Part shown: positions 50,801 through 62,805 of the stretch, piece by piece | How positions within the stretch are numbered: the first letter of the stretch is position 1 | Layout of the letters: every line of letters starts with the position of its first letter | Source of the DNA: Podarcis tiliguerta | Lineage: Eukaryota | Assembly: GCA_965153285.1 (NCBI GenBank) | Contig: OZ229116.1 | DNA length: 64,000 nucleotides | Direction: 5' to 3' (one strand) | The notes under the pieces: generated by a model | What the model was told of the DNA's origin: nothing | Databases searched by the model: none | The model's input: only the letters and a program-made list of their open reading frames with translations | Made by a program: the position numbers and the translations under genes

Positions 50801-51932
50801 ACCAGAATGGGAAATGTTTATTATGTATTTGCAAAAGTATTGTAATCAAGTTAATACATTGGCAGGATTTTAAGAACACTTGCAATTTTAGAGATAGTAT
50901 AGGAAATTTGAGGTTATAAATAAGTTGGAGTAGAAATTATATGCAGTCGAGGGGGAAAAACTTTTAAGGAAGGGGGGGGAGTCACAGTATTTGGAGAATC
51001 CCATTTTATGGATTTTATAATGTATTTTTGTGTATATTTTCTTAGTTTGTTGTTGTTATTTATTATTTTCTATTTTTGTTACTTCTGTTAAAAACCCTCT
51101 CTCTAGATATGTATATGAATTATCACTTGTCAAGCAGTTGAGCTCTATCACATGTGGACTGAATAAAGAAAACAGGTGCTGAAAGTGAGTGCTGTTTGGT
51201 AAAGAAAACAGGTTTTTATCCCAGGATGTTTGTTAGATTGCCAGTGTCAGGATGTCTGTATTATCATCAACAATGCTCTCCGAATGGTTGCTGTAATGAT
51301 TTTATACACTTTGAAGGATTAATATGGTCATCATGGTCTGATCTTTTTGCATTCCCTTTTCCTGCACTGCTCAGGATTCCCGTATTTGACAACTGAGATA
51401 TATTTTTAGGAACCTCCTACTATATTGACTTTGTTTTAACCTGATTTTAATATTGTATTTTAAAATTATTGTAACTGGCCTTGGGGCCTCATGGCAAAGG
51501 GTGGATACAAAAGTAATAAATACTACCTTCTCTTCCAAAAACATGTAAGTAAGATACTTGCCAAATTAGCTGATGTAGTGAATACTCGTCCGAGAAACTC
51601 TCTAGCCTCCCTTCACTTTCACAATGACCCATACTGCCAGACTTGATTCCTAACCAATTTTGGTCCTTTGCTTAAATATGGTAAAAGAATGTACTGTTTG
51701 ACTTTCCGTTCCGGGCCATGCTTTATTTGTATGATCTAACGACAATGCCTTAACTGGACCAAGTACTATTTTCCTTTGTTGCTGTTTTGTGTTGTGGAAT
51801 TCTGGAAAAATCTATTCAATTAAAATCTATATTTAACTGACCCCATAAAACATAGCAACCTGTTATCTTTATTCCAATACTGGCAAATTTAACTAGGACT
51901 GAGAAATTTATCTAGGAGTATATGTGGTGACA

Positions 51933-52239
51933 AGGGACGCGGGTGGCGCTGTGGTCTTGCCGATCGGAAGGTTGGCAGTTCCATTGTTCAGTCCCAGCCC
52001 CTGCCCACCTAGCAGTTCGAAAGCACGTCAAGTGCAAGTAAGATAAATAGGTACTGCTCCGGAGGGAAGGTAAACGGCGTTTCTGTGCACTGCTCTGGTT
52101 CGCCAGATGTGGCTTAGTCATGCTGGCCACATGACCCGGAAGCTGTCTGCAGACAAACGCCAGCTCCCTTGGTCTATAGAGCGAGATGAGCACGCAACCC
52201 AAAGTCATCCACGACTGGACCTAGGTCCGGAGTACCTTT
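51933..52239 (+). mobile_element. Sauria SINE (POM-like) with internal deletions
   Basis: Head GGGACGCGGGTGGCGCTGTGG, body AGCAGTTCGAAAGCAC...GTAGATAAATAGGTAC, ACCTTT tail. 14-bp TSD TATATGTGGTGACA (51919-51932, 52240-52253). Confidence 0.9.
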
Positions 52240-52894
52240 TATATGTGGTGACACAGCATAATTCCCATGGGACTTCTGTAACAAAAAAACACTAGAAGTG
52301 TTCTAGAAGTGTTCTGTGAGCAACACTATGTCATTATGTGATGCCATTCCTAGATGGATTCTGAACAACAACAACAACAAAGAATAATATTGCTGCAAGC
52401 TTACATCTGATAGAAAGAGCTCACCTTGGCATTGCAGTCTTAAATATTTTGCCTGCATTTCATTACCCCAGAAGCACTGCTATCCACCCCACTTCATTGC
52501 CCAGGAATGGGGTAGGAAAACTGGGAGTTCATTTCAGCTGAGCCCAACACCACTATTTCTGTGATTAGCCATACAGAGGTTGATTTAATGTTGTTGTTTT
52601 TCCTTATCTGTGGGCTTGTGTAAACTCAATATAGCTGTTCCCTAACATGTTAGGACAGGAGATGAAAATCTGTAGTAGCATATTAGCACCCTTTCCAGAA
52701 GCAGCATCTTGTTTGATATACTTGCTATATTGAGGTTGACAGAGCACATTTTGTTGTGACTTCCAAGCATATTGAATGTATCTGCCTTGTGTTGTAGGCT
52801 TTATGCATTGAAACATGCAAGGAAAACATGTTTTAAGGAAGATCTGCACTGAAAGCCAAAATATACCTACACAAAGTAACACAGGCAAGTAGTT

Positions 52895-52997
52895 GAAACA
52901 AAATAAAAATTAATAAAATTCCTTCCAGTAGCACCTTAGAGACCAACTAAGTTTGTTATTGGTATGAGCTTTCGTGTGCATGCACACTTCTTCAGAT
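52895..52997 (-). mobile_element. Penelope-like element terminal-repeat fragment
   Basis: About 100-bp insert between perfect 14-bp direct repeats ACAGGCAAGTAGTT (52881-52894, 52998-53011). It carries the hammerhead motif followed by ...ttagttggtctctaaggtgctac..., typical of reptile PLE fragments. Confidence 0.7.
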
Positions 52998-52999
52998 AC
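52962..52999 (-). ncRNA. Minimal type-I hammerhead ribozyme motif
   Basis: Minus strand reads GUAU-CUGAAGA-A-GUGUGC-AU-GCACAC-GAAA-GC-UC-AUAC. This gives both core boxes, a stem II hairpin, a palindromic AGCU stem III, a UH cleavage site and a GUAU/AUAC stem I. Confidence 0.7.
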
Positions 53000-55900
53000 A
53001 GGCAAGTAGTTTATTCACCCTGTACTTTGCAATCCAAAAGTAGTTATAAATTAGCTGAGCATTACCTCTGAACTTTCAGAGTTGATCTGATTTAAAGATT
53101 TTATACATGGCACACGCAGCCACATTTTTTTGCTTTCCAGTTTTGTACAATAATTTACTTTTCCTGGATTTTTTCCATTGACTCCAGTAACAACTGAACG
53201 GTATTTTTTATTGCAATATGATCCATACTTTAGCAAATCCCAAGTGAACTTTGGAGTTTATTTGCTTATTGCTGGGTGTTCTGCTACTGGGATAATGAAT
53301 GGAAGGTAGCTTGCCCAATTAATCTAGAAAACACGCTCTATTCCAGTATGCATCCACACAATTTATTTTTAAATTCCCACAAGAACTGTGGCCATTGTTT
53401 CAACAAGACTTATTCAAAATCCAGAAGTGAAGACAGTTATTACTTACACAGACTGAACACACCTTTGGGAAATTTTGAAAGGAATTTTTTCTTTTAAGAG
53501 CAAGTCAACTTGCAGTTTAATAAACTAAAATACCGGGTACATCTCACTAGCTGATGGAGGAACATTTAAAATCCCAAAATGGCATTCAAAAGCAAACATG
53601 CCCGGTCCACCAGTAATTTGGAACATACATTATTGTATTATGGCTATTTGAGCACTATTACAAAAATTATATTATTTAGACTCTCCGATATATAGTTTTG
53701 TTTTGTTTAAGCCTATGCCTTTTTGGGGGGGCTATATGAAACTCACAGTAAAAATTCTGGGGAAAATGTAAAACAAGTATTTTGAAACACCTGCGCTTAA
53801 ATAATAACTGATTTGTAAGTTGAGCAAGTAGGAAAAAGCTGACACTATGTTCAGAGGTACGTACATCTTTTGTCCTACTCTCTCTCTACTCTTACTTCCT
53901 TTCTCAAATATTTGTATCTGATGCGTTGCCTTTAATCAGCAGTGTAGTCCACCAAGGACAGGAACTTGGTGCTTCTATCTTGTAAATGTATACAACAAAA
54001 TCATAAGCAGCAGTCACCTCTGTGCTGAGAATAGCACAGGAAAAATGTCACAAGCTTAAATCACAACCTCCTCTCCAATCTAAATTAATAGCAGTAATCA
54101 AAATGGTTGCTTTTATTCAATTGTGTGTGACTTGTTTATGCTGGAAAGAAAGGCTAATATGTAAATCATGTTTGTGAAATTGAAAACGGTTGTGTAGTAA
54201 TCACTGAATATCTTGCACACTAGGAATGCTTGGACTTTATTCACATTCATATTGATGTTGACTCTGGTGGTCTATGATCTGATGCATGCCATTTGATTAT
54301 GTGATAATCTAATACAGCCATAAAAATTGATTCTGTTCTAAAATGCACTTGAAGGTACATCAGACGGCTTGTCAACCCGCTCAAGGAAAGAATAAAGTGC
54401 TAAGAGTGGATGCACAGCCTTGCTATATATAGAAATCCTATTACAATTACCCTTAACTGTCCTCTGCCTTCCTATACAGCAGCTTCCCCCACCCCCGCCC
54501 CCACGGTGTCCTCCGTTATCTCCCTCTGTTGGTAAATATAATGCGAACATTTTTATGTAAACAGAGAGCAGAGCAAAGACCTCCCCTATTGCTCAGAACA
54601 GAACCCCAACTTGTATTTTACAACCCCATGTCTTAGTAAGTCCTAAATGTGTTATTTAATAATAGACCAAAAATATTTTATCCTTTGTTGAGCTATTGAT
54701 GTGTCAAATTGTGTGGTATACCAAGTTTAAAATAAATGTCCAGGCATAGTTAACATTTACAGAAAGCAAATCTATAAAATAAAATCTGAGGGGTGCTAAA
54801 AGGTATAAAAAATAATAATGATTGAATGATTATACATTCTATAGACTGCCAACCTGTAATAACTAATTGAGCAGTGAATATCACATTTGAACAGTTATTT
54901 CTATACTGCACCTACACTGTTGTCAAAAGTACTTTTCCCTACAACAACTTTATTGCTAGCAAGGTTATTCTTTTTTTTCCTCTTTAAAAGTCATGGCCAT
55001 TACAGTACACATTTTGATAAGTTTCATTACAATAAAATAACTGCTGCATTATTCATTCATTCAAAATGCTGGCATTTTCTCCCTAGTCTAGACATATGCC
55101 TTTAGTGGAAATGGATTGTCTGGTACCAATTATATTTTGTAATATTGAACTTTCTCACTTGGCTTATTGACATGCTTGGAAATTGGCATCTAAGGCCTAA
55201 ACTACACACTCTGTTAAAAGCATCTTTAAGTAATGTGCTTAGTAGCGGCCACACCACTTTTCTTAGAAAAGAAGACACAGGATTGGGTCCATGATGTGGG
55301 GAAATGAGGTCCACCCTTTCCCTCAACTTTTTGTGTGTCAAGAATTACCTCCAGTTAATATTTGCACCGAAGTACCTTTGGGCATAATTTCTGGTGGCAA
55401 AATGGGACTGGGAGAAGGGTTGTAACTGAGCACATTAGTTCAAGATGCTTGCAACATAATGTGTAGCTTAGTCTTAACTCTATACACTTGTGGATCTATC
55501 TATACTAGATGCGGTCTAGATCTTTCTTTCAGGGGACTGCAAGACAAGCAGCAGTAAAATCCTAACACATTTTTTCAAAAAACCACACTGGTAAAGACCA
55601 TTAAATAATAACAGCATACGTTATTTAGGAAGCACAGTTTCTAGTGTATCTGTGGTCTCCTGGACAACCTGTAAACTTACCAAAGTTACTACTCTTCTTC
55701 CCTGGAGCCAACAACCTTTCCTGGCCAAAAGGTTTGGTTGTATTTACACACAGAGAGGGTAAAAAATAGGAAAAACCATCAACTCTTATCTCAGCTATCT
55801 TTTCTCTCTGAAATTTAACACCCCCCCCCACACCTGCATTTGTATTTGCCTACTGTAACTGTCACAACCCACAACCAGCATGTTTTTGGGAATTTGCTTT

Positions 55901-56399
55901 CTTTTGAATCCTTTTCTACACACAGTGCCTGCTTTTGAGAAGGATTAAAGAGAGCAATTATGATGAACGTGGCTGTTGTGCTTTTGCTGGTGTGTAGAAA
56001 AGTGTTTAGTAAATATACTGCACTGGTGTGCAAAAAGGAAGAGTCTGATAAGACTGCTGGTTGAAAGGATAAAGGAAACTTAAGATTTATTACTCATAGC
56101 AAACAAACTCATTGTAAGCATAAATTTAAGATGTGGCCAAAGTGGAGTCAAGAAGTTAGCAATTTCACATGCTAACTGATACTCTAACTGGCTTGAACTA
56201 ACTAAACTTAGAGAAGAGGACATAAAGTCTAAAAGGAAGTGATCTACTCTATCAACAAGTAATTACTTAAGGAGCAGTCAGCGAGGAAGAATAGGTTATC
56301 TTTCTGTCTATTGCTTTCATTGGTTCAGGCAACGTTGTGCAAATTTACTCCCAACAATCAACAGCATCGTAGACACTCAAAACAGTCCATCAAGGGTTA

Positions 56400-56735
56400 G
56401 GTAAAGGGACCCCTGACCATTAGGTCCAGTCGCGGACGTCTTTGGGGTAAAGCACTCATCTTGCTTTACTGGCCAAGAGAGCCAGCGTACAGCTTCTGGG
56501 TCATGTGGCCAGCATGACTAGCCGCTTCTGGAGCAGCGCATGGAAACGCCGTTTACCTTCCCGCCGGAGTGGTACCTATTTATCTACTTGCACTTCGTGC
56601 TTTCGAACTGCTAGGTTGGCAGGAGCAGCGACTGAGCAATGGGAGCTCACCCTGTTGCAGGGATTCGAACCACTGACCTTCTGATTGGCAAACCCTAGGC
56701 TCTGTGGTTTAACCCACAGCACCACCCGCGTCCCT
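56400..56735 (-). mobile_element. Sauria SINE (POM-like), near full length
   Basis: Reverse complement of the same family with intact B box GGTTCGAATCC. 14-bp TSD TCCATCAAGGGTTA (56386-56399, 56736-56749). Confidence 0.92.
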
Positions 56736-57081
56736 TCCATCAAGGGTTACATTTAGATAATAAAACGGCCCTGGGGACAGAATCCTGGAGTGTCCCACAG
56801 ACTAAACTGTTCAGTGCTAATTGAAGTGTCCATTGAAGCAAAAGGCCGAAGAATTCTCAGAGTGATATTTTACTATGTATTCCAGATCCAGATTGTAGAC
56901 TACAGTAGCAGTGGCAAAGGGATACAACCCTAAGGCACCACTGTTACACTAACCTCTGACACACATCTCAATAAGGGAAAAAACGTACTGGCAGTAGTAT
57001 ACTGCTAGTGGAAATCTATAGTAGTATACTGCTAGTGGGTAAATTTTTCCTACAAAAGAATTCATACTACTGATGATGAAA

Positions 57082-57082
<1 letters not shown>

Positions 57083-57123
<41 letters not shown>
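57083..57123. repeat. (TA)n microsatellite
   Basis: Direct reading. Confidence 0.95.
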
Positions 57124-57127
<4 letters not shown>

Positions 57128-60100
57128 TGCTATTTTTGATAATTGGCAGCATCACATGGTATATTTGCCTGCAATATCTGCTCACTAAATAGGAAAATAT
57201 CACACAGGTGCTGTGGCGCCTCTTATGTGGGACTTACTTCTATATAAGTGTGCAGAGGGCCACAGCTTTGACAACATAAGAATAAGAATAATCAAAACAA
57301 ATATGTCATCATGAAATGGATGCAAACAGGCTGAGTTAATTAGCATACCTTGGCAAAGGCAGGTAGCATGTTTAAATACCAATCATTACTTTGTAACAAA
57401 ACAGGTGCTAAAAGTACTGGACTTATTTCCTTCGCTCTAATTATGCAGTTTCACAAAGGTGTGTGTTATGCTCACTTTCTGAATTATGAATGGTTGAATT
57501 CCTAAAGAAAATATCAGAACTGAAATTAATGGGACAATGTTCTTTTCATTGGGATAAAACTGTTGGCATAAATGTGTTAACCATTTAAGTGATATAAAAT
57601 ATCCACCTCTCTCTTACATAGGACACTCAACATTTAAACCTTTCACCTTTGTTTCTACCATTTTTGTATCTAATCATTTATCCTCTTATAAATATTAGCT
57701 CCTTCGGACAGCAGAAGTATTTTGCTCCTGGTTAAAAGCAGTAAGAATGACCTGACCAACCAACTAACCAACACAGATTTCAATGGGTAAAAAGTTAAGC
57801 ATGTGAATAACTTTCCAATGGAGCTTGACTTTTCTTATAAAGATAGGATGCAAGCAGAAGATACACAGAGATGAACTTCAGCCATGGGCTGAGGCTAACT
57901 GAAGTGATTGGCATACCAGTTAATTATGTATTATTTTTATTAGTTGCTTTTGCATTCCTTTTTATCATTAATTGATAATTAAACATTTAAGAAGGTTATG
58001 CCTGTATTAAAAATCTGGAAAGTGAACTTTAACAATGTGTTTGGATTATCATACCTTAGTTAATTTAGCTGAGATATACATGAGCTTTTTGTTCGTGCAT
58101 GCAGCTCCTTTGTCATAAACCTCAGCTGGATCAAGATTTTAATTAACCCCTAACCAGTTTTCTGTTTCATCTGAATTTGGAAATTATGGTAAGCAGCTCC
58201 ATAACAATCCAGGATATTAAACTAGCTTCAAACTATGGTGTAGCAATTGTTGGAAGTTTCCTGGTTTAATTGTGATTTGGGTGAATCGATTCCATGCGAG
58301 AGCAAAACACTGTGCATATCTCAGCTTAATAAGTGAAAACTTCATCTTCCAAAGCAGCTCACTCTCTTTGAAGCTGTCTCATTCTAGCTCATCAGAAAAG
58401 CGTTTCCCATGTTTATAAAGAACTGCCACACAGCAACCCTCAGAAAAGAGCTGATTATCAACAAAAATACTATGTTATATTTCTCAAAGGGATTTATTAA
58501 TATGTGACCAGATGGTAACTAGCATTAAACATTTAACTTTTAACCACCAGATTAAGGGAAATGGTTTATATTCACTAACAGAGACAGTTTTTGCAGTAAT
58601 CTAATTTAAGTCGTTAACATTACAAAGAGGATTGATAGAACTAATCTAAACTCATCTAAGAGAACATGAAAATGGGAGTGGGCACACTTTATAAATTATA
58701 AAACTGTGAATAAGAAGACAACTTTATGCCCAGAGTAATAATGCTAAAAAAAAAAGCCTCAGGAAGTCTTCTGAAAGATTTACATACTGGGTCTTTCAAG
58801 CACAGCAATATTGATGAATTAAGAGGATTAGACTCAAACAAACAAGAGGCCCTAAAGAAGGATGGATAGATAATTCTGATAATGGAAAATGATATATAAT
58901 ACAGATAATGGAAAGTATTTGGAGAAAAGGGAGGGAATGGCAAGGCCTGAGCTTGTTCTCACAATCTTATGAACCTATTTGAAAGCCAGTGAAGTGTAGT
59001 GTAAGGGTGGGTAGAAAGCAGATCAGTATCTACTCCTGGAAGATACTCTGGGCAATATGCAACAAATTAGCAATGGGTTCTGACCCCAATTCCAAAACAA
59101 CCACAACAAATGAAGCTGCAAATCAAGAGAATTTCTCTACCATAGCTGGCCTTGTGCTAATCACATTATCTCTCAGCCCCAGTATTCACAACCTGTGAAA
59201 TATTAAGTAATAATTGATTGCTTTTGACCAGGTCTTTTCTGAATATCTAGGTTTCTGTTCAATTCTCTGATCTGAAGCTTAGGGTCAAACTAGATCTGAC
59301 TTTTTCACATAGTAACATATGATGTGACTTTTTTGTGTCTTCAAATAGTTGGTGGGTGGGGCAATCAACATTTCACATCTGGCTTTGAATGGGGGATCTT
59401 GAATTTTAAGTAAACCAGAAAGATCCAAACGCCACAATTTTGATGTAACAGACAGAAGGCTCAGCCTGACACAGAAACACCAAAACTGAAATTTCTGACT
59501 TACAGCTCACTGAATTACATTGTTCCTTTCACCATCTCTCAACTGAGCTTGTCTCAACTGAGCTTGTTTTGGAGATGAAAAACTCCAAACACACTGCTCT
59601 GAGCTCTTTAGAAGAATGGTGGCAGACAACTGTGATAGATTAAAAGACAAACTGTTCAAGGATAATGACCTTTTCATTATATTTTCATTATGCTTGCTTA
59701 TATAAGCCTTGGGTTCCAATATGGAGGGAATGCCAAAGGGATGGAAGAAGTCATCAAACAAGGCATAAACCTACTGCAGCCATGACTATCACCCCTAAAG
59801 CAGGAGTGAAACAATTACAGATCTTGCTGCAGTAGTGAATTATTGGTACGTCTTAGCACATCTAAAGTCCTAAAACATGTTAGGACTTTTTACAAATGGT
59901 GAGTTGCTTTGCATGCCATGCTCAGCCAAAGTTTGGCTTAGCTAAGTGCAGAGTGGGAGCAAAAAGGTCTAGGGAGGAACAAAGCAACTGCGAACCACAG
60001 TGATTCATGAAATCTTGCTAAGCCAAGGTTACCAGGGCAGTAAGTAGTTCTTAAAACATTTGCCATTTGCTTTAGAAAGAGCAGGGAGTTGTATGTGTGT

Positions 60101-61968
60101 TAGTGAAAGGCTAAAACAGACCTATTTCGTGACTGAAAAAAGCACTTCTAGACAACTTAATCTAGACGAGACGCTTACCCCCCCCCCATTATTTTGACTT
60201 TTTCAGTGCTGTAATCTTTCTAGATGAATATAAATGATTATTTCTGAGCTCAAATTTGTGTTTTGTCACTTGTTATTTAAAGAGATTTATCCTGGCTTGA
60301 CACTGGATCTACTCTATACTTCAGAAATTCCAGTGTAATAAATCTCTCAGTTCCTTTTAGAAAACAGATCATTAAAAAGGGCAGACAGATGGAAGTCAAT
60401 GTGCTGTTTTGTAATATGTCCAGCATTACTTAAATTAGATAAATACCCAAACCCGCCAGCCTTAAATCTCTCCTTTCTCTCATAAAATCCAGTGAGATTA
60501 GGAGAGATGCACAAATCAAATTCCAATGCTGGAAAAGCAGCACCCAGGACAATGCACACTGCCGAGACACGTGAAAGATGAATGAATTACCCATAAGCCT
60601 GCAAAGGTGAACTTTAACCTGCTTCTGAATGACTAAAATGATTACTGAAATCCCATTGAGAAGTTTCAGTGATAGTAGAACAGTCGGGAGCGGACAGTCT
60701 ATAATGAGCTTGAACAACGTGTTTTCTGAATGTTCCTGAAATATTCCACAAAACATTTTTATGGACGCATTCTTACACTCTCCACAAAATACATTGCCAA
60801 ACTGAGAAACACATTTCTGCAAATACAAATTCACTGTTTACATTGCAGCATTGCCAGCCTTTCTGTAACTGCACAGATGGGTATGCAAAAACCCAGACAT
60901 CAAATAGCCACTGCTGATTTAAAAAACAGCCTTACAGATAAAGCCCTTTATGACAGCCCTTTAAATAGAGAAATTCCTAGGTCAAGTAGGACCCAAGGCC
61001 ACTCAACTAAGATGACTACTCCTTTGGATGCAGTTTCCTAAATAAGCTATATTTAAACATTCTGAAATATTGTTAATAATAGGCATTCTATATTCCGAAG
61101 AGCATTGTAACTATGAATTAGTAGAGTGGAGTCGTTGCTAGAGTACATTGCATACAGTCATTGTAGCTGCCTTCACAACAGATATAAAAATAATAATTAT
61201 AGATAAAAGTGGCTCAGGGAATTCCTTTACTTTCAGCAAACAGAAACCTCTTGGAAGTAACTACTAATAAAGGCTGCAGCCTTTAAGCTGATAAATGACA
61301 GTTGAATAAACTTTCCAGAAATCGGTGCATTGGACAAGGCCTTTTCTCATTAACATGTTTGTAGGATCCCACAACTATTTTTTTCTTTTTTAACAGCCAG
61401 GAGAATAACTCAGTGACTTTTCCTTCAAGTCCCAGTTACTCTATGATTAATGGCAATGCATATTGAGGGTAAATGGCCACTTCTGTCCCACCAGTAGCTT
61501 TTTAACCTGCATTGATTATATGTCACTTGGGATGTACAGGCAGTGCATGTTAGCTTATTTATTTTAACAGCATTGCTATTACTGCCTTTTGGCTCTATAA
61601 AAAAGAACCCCCCAAGGCGGTTTACGAGAATATCAATTCAATGAAAAAAAGCATTCCTAGAATAGCATCGCCTACATACTTGCTACTGCATCCTAGCAAA
61701 GTTGGTTTATCTTCACATTAGTAAATAAGATGTTACAATGCACTATAGATTTCTAGTAAATTCTCCTTTAAATGCAGCTAAACTTGTGAAGGCTGATCTT
61801 TCCTACTTTTCTCTGATTTAAAGTGGAGCAAAGTAGTCCAGCTGGGCTGCATAGCATTTATGAAACTTCTCAGAATTTGTACGAATCTTACAGAAAAACC
61901 TGTGCTCCTAAGCTAGACACAGTGCACAAATATTTCGTATTCTCCTTAGAAATTATGTTAGGAGTTCC

Positions 61969-62103
61969 TAGTTCTATTTTTCTAGAAAAATAGGTGCTGG
62001 AACTCAGCATAAATGCCTCCCCTGTTCTTTATAATGACAATGGCATCTACCTGAGAAGTGCCGGAACTAACTTTTGGAAAGTTATGGCTGAAAAAAAGTC
62101 CTG
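61969..62103. mobile_element. Decayed hAT-type MITE
   Basis: Subterminal GGTGCTGGAACT / GTGCCGGAACT motifs, end AAAAAAAGTCCTG, flanks GGAGTTCC / AGAGTTCC (7/8 TSD). Confidence 0.55.
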
Positions 62104-62557
62104 AGAGTTCCCATTAAGAAGGTTTTGAATGGCACTCATTTAATTTCAACATCCCTATTTAAAAAAATCAACAACCAGCTCAAACCTCTTCATATCCTGA
62201 GGTTTACATGTAGACCGAAGTGAACAAAGGCTTGATCACCTAGTTCCTCCCAAGAGGAGGGGAAGTGGACATAGCTAAGCCTAGCATGACAGCTTACTCT
62301 ATTATATTAACCCCTTCATGCATTAATTAGACTGAAGTATGTTGATTATGGGGGCTAGTTATCCCACAATTTTGCCACAGTGGACAGCAAGATGAGTAAT
62401 TCAGTTTTTTGGCACCAGACAAACTGCAATGGAAGGGAAGAAGTGCCACATGCAACAAAGACAGGGCGGAACAGAAAACAATGACTTCTTACATCCCTAC
62501 CTATAGGTTCTCCACCTCTGAAACATAAGAAAAAAACAAACCAGGCATATTCTACCC

Positions 62558-62805
62558 CATGGGTAGGCAAACTAAGGCCTGGGGGCCAGATCCGGCCCAA
62601 TCGCCTTCTAAATCCGGCCCACGGATGGTCCGGAAATCTGCATGTTTTTACATGAGTAGAATGTGTGCTTTTATTTAAAATGCATCTCTGGGTTATTTGT
62701 GGGGCATAGGAATTTGTTCATTCCCCACCCCCAAATATAATCTGCCCCCCCAAGGTCTGAGGGACAGTGGACCAGCCCCCTGCTGAAAAAGTTTGCTGAC
62801 CCCTG
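62558..62805 (-). mobile_element. hAT (Charlie-like) MITE, same family as 8188-8417
   Basis: Termini CATGGGTAGGCAAAC / GTTTGCTGACCCCTG. Perfect 8-bp TSD TTCTACCC (62550-62557, 62806-62813). Confidence 0.9.

Noticed and set aside
56993-57038. Short direct repeats (also 10520-10558, 51164-51213, 59537-59567, 63468-63527)
   Set aside because: 13-19 bp local slippage duplications with no further structure.
57064-57090. CTGATGA-T-GAAA as another hammerhead core
   Set aside because: No stem II and no credible stem I or III. It abuts a (TA)n run, so it is likely chance.
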